In this document: piece after piece, positions 1 to 10,100 of the stretch
How positions within the stretch are numbered: position 1 is the first letter of the stretch
Layout: each line of letters starts with the position of its first letter
From: Macrostomum lignano
Lineage: Eukaryota
Direction of reading: 5' to 3'
DNA: 58,622 nucleotides
Assembly (NCBI GenBank): GCA_002269645.1
Contig: NIVC01001553.1
Span: forward strand, 1 to 58,622
Position numbers and translations under genes: made by a program
Notes under the pieces: model-generated
The model's input: the letters and a program-made list of their open reading frames with translations, nothing else
Told to the model about the DNA's origin: nothing
The model's database searches: none

Positions 1-1168
1 GCCGGTCCGCGGTCTGTTACGCCAAGTTATCCTTAGCTCCCCAAGTGAGCTCGCCTATCGGCCAGCGGTCTGATACCGCCCAGCATCATCAGCATCGCCT
101 GATCTACATCGGCGCCTCGTCGCTCCAGCGCATCGCCGCTTCACGTCTGCCTGACTGCAGCCTACAGCCGCCCTCGCACTCCGCCTCTCTCTCTCTCTGT
201 GCAGCTGCCGTAAGTTCCTGCTACTAATTTGTGCTCTAATTGCCTTTGCTTATCCGGGGTTTGCCTATTTTCCATTGTCTGATTAGAGAGCTGAGCCAAT
301 TGTGATACCGTATCTTTTGCTGTATTTTACTCAATAGTGAAGCTGCCTAATTGCCTGCTTATTTGCCTAAGGGCCTAATTATTAACTATTAACTAACTTC
401 ATCATTATTCAATCTTTCACCATCATTTCACTCATGGCTTGCTAAGCCTTTCTCCCGGGGTGGCAAAGCATAAGGAAGTTTGGGTAAGCTAATGGCCTCT
501 CCCCGTGCAAAGCCCGCCTGTGAGTGCGTGCTGCGGGGCCGCGTGTGCGTGCAGTAGAGGGATTAGCGAGTCTTGGCACAGAATGGCAGTAGGAAGGTTG
601 CAACCCATGCTAACGCGTCCCTTCGCCCTGAGCAATCTAAACTGTAGACAGTACATGTTCGCCTCATACTACTCTTAGTAATCAAAGTCGCAAGTCAGCC
701 TCGCTCACAGCCACAAAGGATCCCCTGCTGAGAAATCCTCCAGGATTGAGCCCAGAGTTCCCGATCATGCCCCAAGCAGAGTCCCTGTACTCGGCTGCAT
801 GCGTCTCCCCTGTTAGCCTAAATCCCCTGGTAACCAATCCAGGCGGGGCTCTAGCCTCGAGAGGTCTGGTAGAAAGATCCAGGTGCGCCAGGTCACATAG
901 AGTGGTGGCAGCCACTCGGTCATACTATGACCGAGTGACCAACTATTGCACCTTGGCTACAGGTGGGGTCCATGTGGGTCCTTGGCCCTCTGGTCACGAA
1001 GCGCTACCAAAGCTACTAATCATGTGGGCGGGACAGTCTGGTGCTGGAGGTCCGTCAGGTCATTGCCCGGTCATAGGCAGCCTACGGTCATTGCCCCCTC
1101 TAGTCATGCGTTCGTCTCTCTACGGAGCGGACAGGCGACAAGGGCGGTTACATCATAATACTACTCAC

Positions 1169-4100
1169 AGGTTTGCCCTCAGCCTCCATTCGCTGCACGT
1201 AGGCGTCCCATAAAGCCTGCAGATTAGCTGGCACATTTGCCTGGGCCAATTTAAGCGCCCAGATCAGATCGCCGGCGTGTTTCTCCTGATCGCGAGTGAT
1301 GAAAGTCACGGCGTGGCCCTTGTTGCCGGCCCGGCCGGTCCTGCGCGGTAGAGTTGAAGCTTACGTGTAATATTTCAATAATTAGCATTGAAATCAAGAG
1401 ACTCAGGGGAGCAAAGTAGCAGTAGAGCTTGGTCTCTGACCCACTCTCAAACTTTCCCCAAAATCCATGTTTAGTCGTCCACCAAAGGTGACAGCCTTAG
1501 GTATTGTGATTGAGAAGATGAGGGTCAAAGGTGACAGCCTTTAGGTATTGTGAGGGAGAAGATGAGGGTCAAAGGTGACAGCCTTTAAGTATTGTGAGGG
1601 AGAAGATGAGGGTCAAAGGTGACAGCCCTTAGGTATTGTGATTGAGAAGATGAGGGTCAAAGGTGACAGCCTTTAGGTATTGTGAGGGAGAAGATGAGGG
1701 TCAAAGGTGACAGCCTTTAGGTATTGTGAGGGAGAAGATGAGGGTCAAAGGTGACAGCCATTAGGTATTGTGAGGGAGAAGATGAGGGTCAAAGGTGACA
1801 GCCTTTAGGTATTGTGAGGGAGAAGATGAGGGTCAAAGGTGACAGCCCTTAGGTATTGTGATTGAGAAGATGAGGGTCAAAGGTGACAGCCCTTAGGTAT
1901 CGTGAGGGAGAAGATGAGGGTCAAAGGTGACAGCCTTTAGGTATCGTGAGGGAGAAGATGAGGGTCAAAGGTGACAGCCCTTAGGCATCGTGAGGGAGAA
2001 GATGAGGGTCAAAGGTGACAGCCCTTAGGTATCGTGAGGGAGATGAGGGTCAAAGGCATCAATCAGTCTAAGAGGACATCTAACAAGATTAGATACAGTA
2101 AGCAACTCCCAGTCGCACCTGCCGCAGCGGTGCACATAATCCTCGTAGTGATTGGGGCAGTCGTAGTTGACAACCAGAATGAGGCCGGTGACGTCAAGGC
2201 CGCGGGCGGCCACGCTGGTGGCGATCAGCAGGCGGGCGTCGCCTCGCTTGAAGGCGGTGATGACGCTGTCCGGTCGTACTGGTCGATGCCGCCGTGCAGA
2301 GACAGGCACGGATAGGCATGCTTCATCAGCAGCTTCATCAGCTCGTCAGCCTTCTCCTGTCGGTCAACAAAGATCAGACAGCCGCCGCGCTCCTGATAGA
2401 CGCCCAACAGTTCCAACAGCTTAAAGAACTTGTCGTCCTCAGTCAGCAGGATGATCTCCTGTTGAACCTCGCTGCAGACAACCGCCCGGCCGCCCACCAC
2501 CACTTCGATAGGCGAGTCCAGCACTTTGCGCGCAGAATCTCCATTTGGCGGGGGAATGTCGCGCTGAACATCAGCGTCTGACGGTCGGGCCGAATTGATT
2601 CAACGATTTTCATCACCTGCGATTGCGGGGAGAGGAGAGGAGACTGCTATTAGACGAGAGGGCGGCAGTTGAGCGTGTAAATAAATATATTTGCAGGAGG
2701 ATTGCGGGCACCCGTTGCCCATCCACTGACCCTGATCGTGAAGCGCGCCAAAACTGTTTGCAGGCACAAAACTCATCCAGACGCTCACATAGGGTGCACA
2801 GCGACCCTGACATTGTAATCGTCAGGCATGTGCACTCTCCGTGCTTTGGGGGGTTGGCCCTCAAAGCTTTCACGACAACCCTTTCACTTTCATCAGGGCT
2901 TGTGGCGCGAAGGTCTGACTTGTTTACCACTGAGCTGCTTAGCCGTAAGAATATACCTTTCAGTGGCACAACCCCGTTAATACGAGGCGTGCCCATTAGT
3001 GCTATTTTTTTCGCAGCTCATCGTTAGTAAACTGCAGACCAATACATTTGGTGCCAAGAAAGCGGCAAGTCTTAAATATAAATTTAATTTTAATGGATTT
3101 CGATAAGTAGTTTGAGAATTATGGTTAGTTGAGTAGAGCAAGGTCGGCCATTTTTTATCTTAAGGGCCAGATTTGGAACCTAAAACATGACTGCGGGCCA
3201 GAGGAGGGAGAGGAGAGAGAAGGGAGAGGAGAGGAGAGGTGGGAAGTGATAGGAGAGGAGAAAGGAGAAGGGATATAGGAGGAGAGGAGAGGAGAGACAC
3301 AAACCTTGAGCAGGCCGGATTGCTATTGTGAAGTTTCAAAGGACCCGAGAGCCGGATAGAGAGGCTTTGCGGGCCGCATGTGGCTTGCGGGCCGGAGTTT
3401 GCCGACCTCTGCTTTAGACCATAGACAGCGAATGCATGCAATCTATTTTTGGCACATATGCGACGTCGTGTAAGTCAGTCCAAGAGCGACCTTGCTCTAC
3501 TCAACTAACCATATCTCTGAAACTACTGATCCAAAGCCATTGAAATTAAAGTTATTTTTAAAGAGACTTGCCGCTTTCCAGTGACAACAACTATGTGGGC
3601 CTGTAGTTTGCCAACGATGAGGTGCGATAAAAAGTAGCATTAATATTAGGGCACGCCTCGTATAATATATCTAATTAAGCGGATTTTGCACAGGATTTTG
3701 ATACGAATTTCTCAGTTTACTACTTAGTAATAACAATAACAATGATAATTGATTACACCTGCTCTAATGAGCAGATGTGCAATCGGCTGCTCAGCCGCAG
3801 CTATTGCACGGCGCATCTGAAGCTGCGTACGGCTGTTCAGTCCAAGGACTGGGGGTCGCATGCACACCCTTAATTACCCCAGCTAATGCTGGCACCCATT
3901 TTACAGCTGGGTGAACTGAAGCAATGCAGAGTTGAGTGTCTTGCTCAAGGACACAAACTGTTCCAGTGGGATCGGAAATCGAATTCCGGACCTTTCAGTC
4001 GTGAGTCCGGCACTCTAACTACTAGGCCTACTACTAGTAAGTAGGCCTGCTAACATCCTGCAACAAAAACTGTTATTTAAAATACGATAATTTTTAGCAA

Positions 4101-7100
4101 TCATAAAATCCACTTCTACAGTCGGCGATTCTGCTCTGTTGCAAAACCTGCGGCGATTTCATTATTCAATAAATCAATCAGTCGGTAAATGAGTCGGCTC
4201 GCATGATTTTCTGTAAAGATAACGGAATTCAGTTGACAGTACGGAGCCCGAATAGACGGATAGATAAGGTGAGTAAAATACTAACAGTCAGCAATGGTGC
4301 CAGAAACTCACCGGCGCTAATAATCAGCAATGCGACAGCGGCCAAACACACAATGAATTTGAATTCAGTTGCAATCCGGGGCCGCGTCGGAGCTGAATTA
4401 ATTTTTTTCACCGCTGAAATAGAGGGATCGTGTTTGCGGTGCTCCGCTCCGCCTTAAGCAAGCCAGTTGTTTTTTAAGCGCAGCCCCTTGCCCGCTTGCA
4501 TAGCAACACCTTGGGAGACGGTTTAAACTAATCTGCGGAGAGAGAGGCGGTCTTACCTGCGGCTCGAATCCCATGTCGAACATTCGGTCGGCTTCGTCTA
4601 GCACGCAGAAAGTAGTCCGGCGCAGGTTAGTAACCCGGCCGGCGTTGGCCGCCAGCATGTCGATCATTCGGCCAGGCGTGCAGACGACAATCTCGCAGCC
4701 GCGCTTTAGCTCAGCAATCTGCTCCGAGATGCCCGTGCCGCCGTACACGCAGACAACGCGAAGTCTGAGATGCTTAGCGAACCGTTTGGCCTCTTTGAAG
4801 ATCTGCAGGGCAAGCTCGCGGGTTGGCGTCATCACTACAGCCATGGGGCCTTCGCCCGCCTCAAGAGGTGGCTGAGCGCGGATGTGCACCAGCAGCGGCA
4901 GCAGGAAGGCCAGGGTCTTGCCTGAACCCGTGGCCGCTATGCCGATCATGTCTCTGCAGGGATGGAAGCAGGGGATATGCAGGGATGGAAGCGGATGATA
5001 TGCAGGGATGGAAGCAGAGGATATGCAGGGATGGAAGCAGAGGATATGCAGGGATGGAAGTTGAAGAGGATATGCAGGGATGGAAGCAGAGGATATGCAG
5101 GGATGGAAGCAGAGGATATGCAGGGATGGAAGCAAAGAATCTGCAGGGATGGAAGCAGAGGATATGCAGGGATGGAAGCAGAGGATATGCAGGGATGGAA
5201 GTTGAAGAGGATATGCAGGGATGGAAGTTGAAGAGCATATGCAGGGATGGAAGCAAAGAATATGCAGGGATGGAAGCAAAGAATATGCAGGGATGGAAGC
5301 AAAGAATATGCAGGGATGGAAGTTGAAGAGCATATGCAGGGATGGAAGCAAAGAATATGCAAGGATGGAAGCAGAGGATATGCAGGGATGGAAGCAGAGG
5401 ATATGCAGGGATGGAAGTTAAAGAGGATATACAGGGATGGAAGCAAAGAATATGCAGGGATGGAAGCAGAGGATATGCAGGGATGGAAGCGGAGGAAATG
5501 CACAGGGATGGAAGCGGATGATATGCAGGGATGCAAGCGGAGTTGCAGGGATGGAAGCAAATGATAAGCAGGGATGGAAGCAGAGGATATACAAGGATGG
5601 AAGCAGAGGATATGCAAGAATGGAAGCAGAGGATATACATGCTATGAAATTGCTCAATATAAGACCTATATGCAATAAAGTACCCACCTGCCCGAGAGCG
5701 CAATGGGCAAAGCCTGGCACTGAATGGGCGTGGGCTTATCAAATTTATAGTGCCTGAGCAGATTGAGCAGGTTGGAGCTGAGCCCGGCCTGGGCCCAGTC
5801 ACGTACGGGCTTCGGACAATTGCGCCCCTTGGCCTGGATGCCGCCGAGCTCGCGCGCGCAGCTCGGCCACCGCTTCCGGCGTCATTTCTGCCACTTCCGG
5901 GCACTCGCGATAGAAAGCCCTAGTAAATGGAGCGTACTCAATCTTGGAGTGATCAACAGAGATGAGTTTCTCTTTGCGAGCGGAGCCAGTACGCGCCATC
6001 AGCGCCTCCTCTAGGGTCTGCTCTTCCTCTTCGCTAGAGTACTCCAGTCCATCAGCATCCGCCTCCATTAGTTCGCCTTTGCGCGTCGAACTGGCCGACT
6101 TGGCGGTGCCAGCCGCGCGCAGACTGGGGCTCGCTGCCCGGCCCAGCTGCCGAGCTCGTCGCCCTGATGATGGTGACTCTGGGCCCAGAGCCCGTACCCG
6201 CCGCGGCGGAGTTAGCTAGCGGGGCCGCTGTTGCAGACTTTGGCTCCTGCTTTTGCGGGCCAGCTTTCTGCAGCTGGGCCATGTAGGCGTCTAGCGGGTC
6301 CACGTCATCGTCCTCGGCATCCTCGGCTGCCTTGGCCTTCTTCAGCAGGGCCTCGTCACCGGATTCCTCGTTGCCGCCGGCTCCGACACCGTTTGAGTCG
6401 CCGAGTTTACGACGCAATGGCGGCGGCGGCTTCAGCCCTGACGGGGCGGACGGCAGGCGGAGCGGCTGCTGCAGCGCCGACTCGGCCGCCTCGGCTCGAA
6501 GCCGTTCGCGCTCGGCCCGTTCGCGCTCGATTCGCTCGCGCCTCTTTTGCATCTCCAGCTCGAGCCGGCGCGCCTCGGCCTCCCGATCGATCGGCCCGTC
6601 GCCAAGGATTACGGCGCCTTCGAGCTCGAATTTTGATTGACGCGGCCCCTGCTGCGGCTTTGGCAGCTGCGGCTGAGGCAGCAACTGCTGCTGCTGCTGA
6701 GTAGCGGCCGCCGTTCTCAGCACCTCCGACTCTGCCGCGGCCGCCGCTGCTTTAGCGGCTTTGGCAGCGGCGGCGGCTGTGGCCACAGCGGCGAGGCCAT
6801 CGCGTACAGCAGGCCGCAGATGCGACGACGGCGAGCGACTTCGGCTCCGCCGTTTGTGCTCGGACGAGTGGCCGTGCCGGTCCCGGCTGCCGGAGCGGCG
6901 CCGCCTGTGCCGGTCCCGGTCCCTGTCGCGCTCCCGGTTCCTGTCCCTATCCCGGTCTCTGTACCTGCGTTTTTGTAAACGGAAACGTAAAAGGGTATGG
7001 TAAATACAAAATTTATAGTCTTGCAATTAACAGACACTAGTTAGTCATTTTGGGGTACCCTATGTGTACCAGTGAATGCAGGGGCTGGCAAACTCTGGCC

Positions 7101-10100
7101 CGCGAGCCACATGCTGTCCTCGAGTCCTTCAGATTCACAACAGCAATCCAACTCGCTAATCATAAAACTTTGCGCCTTTTGTCAGCTATCAGCTCTCTTC
7201 TCTCCTCTCCTCTCATCTTCTCTTTTCATTCATTTTTCTAATCTGTCAGCTCTCTCCTCTATTTTCTTCTCAAAATTCTCTCTCCTTTCCTCTCATTGGG
7301 CTCCGACAGCAGCACTGAGCTAGATTCTTCATCTGGCAACCGCTGAGTTATATCTGAAAATAACAGAAACTTTAATATTTACCGGATATAAACAAAACTT
7401 CTTATTACTCTATTTTTTAATTATATATTTGTCTCTTATTTCAAAATTTTGGTTTTTTTAGTAGTACATAAAGATGTATGAATGTGTACAAAGAATAAAA
7501 TAACTAAAAAATAAAATTTTACTTTTATGTAATAGATGTCTTTTTGATAGTTGCCATAGGCTATAACTATATTTATAGGCCTAGCAAAACAAAATTCTTT
7601 TTCTATATAGTAAACTAAGTTTTATGCACAAATTATTATAACTTAATAACTATTTTTACCTTCTTGTTAATCTATCATAATCTATCATGTTAATCTATTT
7701 TATCAAGTTTTAAGTTTCAAATAGTACACAATTGGTATCTAGATCTAGGTAGCACAAAATTGTTCCCTAAACATTTTTGTACATGCTCCACATTCTAGAT
7801 TGTGTAGTATATGCCCAAAAAATTGGGCATGCATTGATTGGCCTTGCATATACCAAGTTTGGAAGGTGACATATACACTGGGATTCCAGGCATATAACAA
7901 GGGTCTTGCCATTTTTCAGCCTACATCAGGGTATATCCTGGCATACATGACACAGTGGTCTATACATAGTGTCAAATGACAATTTTTTTATATAATGGCG
8001 CACAAACCCAGTGTACAAATGAGGTCTCGTCATTTTTATGGCATTTAACCTGGGGTACATTAATATAAAATCTAAAAAATGAGTGCATGCCTATTTTCAA
8101 AACTGCGCCAGTGCTGCAACAATAAATGACCTATTTTACATTGTGACAATAAATGACCTTTTTTGAATTGCATAATAGACCCTTTTGGCAGTTAAGTTGG
8201 TTAATTTTTCTGCTTTTTGGCAATAATACTTACAGTAGAAAATTGATACATACAAAGATTAGTTTAAATGCTTTATTATGAGCTTAAAAAATCTAGAATG
8301 CTTGAAATTTATGCTCAAAAATGATTATTTTATTTTTTTTCTATTTCACAATAACTCTTTCATGTGATTCTATAAAGTGCATGCCAGATGTGCACATACA
8401 CTATTTTCTTAGGAGTGATGTGCGCCAACTGTGCATGCCTACTTTTGGCATATAAGGCCAATGCACACCTGAATTTTTGGGCATATACTACATGATCCAG
8501 AGTATGGATTTATCGTTACAATACTAGAGAATGCAAATATATATTAAACTTGTTTTTCTAGCATACATTTGTAATTCTACAATTTTTGTTTGAGTGTTCA
8601 CCCACCATCAACATGATCCAGACTATGGTATATGCTATGCTATACTATACTATACTGGCTTTTTGACTAGGCCTAAGGTTATTTATTGCTTAGGTGTAGG
8701 GCTAACTTCTTTATTTTCAATCATCTCTACACATAAAAATCAAAACTCTGTCTATGTGTGTACAATTTTGATTGCTATGGACTCCCAAACCGCTCATACA
8801 TGCGCAACCTCCGAAATTCGGTCGGCCATGCGACTTAGTTTTAACAAAAATGCGACGTAGTTTTTGGCCAAAAATGCGACTTACATGTAAAAAAACCCTA
8901 AAGCAAATAAACGCAACTTTGGGTAAACGGCAGGAGTAACTATGACTGTCTTATTAAGCCAAAATGCCTCGTCAGCTACTTAGCACTACTACTTGGTTAC
9001 TTTTTCGGGTGGGCATTTTTGCGACTTCCTTGGTTGGCCGCCAAATCGGTCGGCCGGATCGGCCGACTCGGCCGACTGTTGCGCATGTATGAAACCGCTC
9101 AACCAAATTACACCAAACTTTACACCCACCCTAAACTTACTATGGAGAATGTCTTAGGCTACTTTTAAATTCACTAGACTCAAGTCTTCCTACCTAAAAG
9201 TACAAAAAACTGCTTAAAATGTGCAATTTTTTTCACTAAATCCTCCATAGCGCCACTCCGCTTCTACCAATTCTCTTCAAATTTGACACAGACAATCTTA
9301 AACTATTTTGACACAATTATATAAAATTTTGAGTCTCAAAGTTAATCCTGAGCGGTGCTGTGCACTTTTCAAGTTAGGCTATTTTTTTCAGCAAGGCAGC
9401 CATCCCAACCTCCGCCCGCCTGCCTCTCTTTCCTGATCTAGGCCTAGATGTGTAAAAGGGTTTCAAAATTGACTAACTTTTAGCTGCCATAAGTTTGCTC
9501 CACATGAAGCGATTGATTTTAAACTTGACACAATTCTTAATTGACTCATTCTTTGTCAAAATGTAAAGTTTCAACTCTGTAACTCAATCAGAACAGAAAC
9601 TGTTAGCATGAGAATTTTGTCTGCTTTTTTGTTGTTTGTATACTCAACTCACTCATTCCCCAGAGCCAGACCAAGGGTAAGGCGATAGGGCTTAATGTAC
9701 ATGGCAATGTACAGTGTTTTGGAATAACTTTTTTAAAGCCTTCTCTGCACCCTGAGAGTGGAGAGGCTACATTTAGCCATGAATGACAGCTTAGTGAGAA
9801 ATTCTAACCACTGCCCTCTGTATAGGCAAACTCTGCAGCATTTTAATGGTGGATGGCAATTGGCAAACAAGACAATCCAGCATCCTTTGTAAAAGCAAAA
9901 GATTTATGACAAAGTTATGCAAAGCATTACAATATGCAACCCTACTAAATTAGTCACACCATGGAAATTTAAGGTTTCTCTTAAAGGTACTTTAAAATTT
10001 AAATGGCCTCCTAAGAAATGCATATTTCCTTGGTTGTTACAATAAGACTGATGCAGACTACAGTGGAGTTGAAGATACACAAATTCTTTTCAGGCCTTGC

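Noticed and set aside
488-567. Twister-like hairpin ending in GAGGG
   Set aside because: Lacks the conserved GUCC..AAGC loop needed for the pseudoknots.
2855-2905. Hammerhead-like CTGATGA...GAAA on the minus strand
   Set aside because: Stem II does not form properly and the position pairing with A15.1 is A rather than the required U before the cleavage site.
4925-4945. [10 protein letters not shown] instead of the usual GIAKTGSGKT in DDX46
   Set aside because: The variable position precedes the intact Walker A GSGKT; ordinary divergence.
8921-8983. Functional rRNA gene
   Set aside because: Only about 63 bp, mutated, and inside a MITE.
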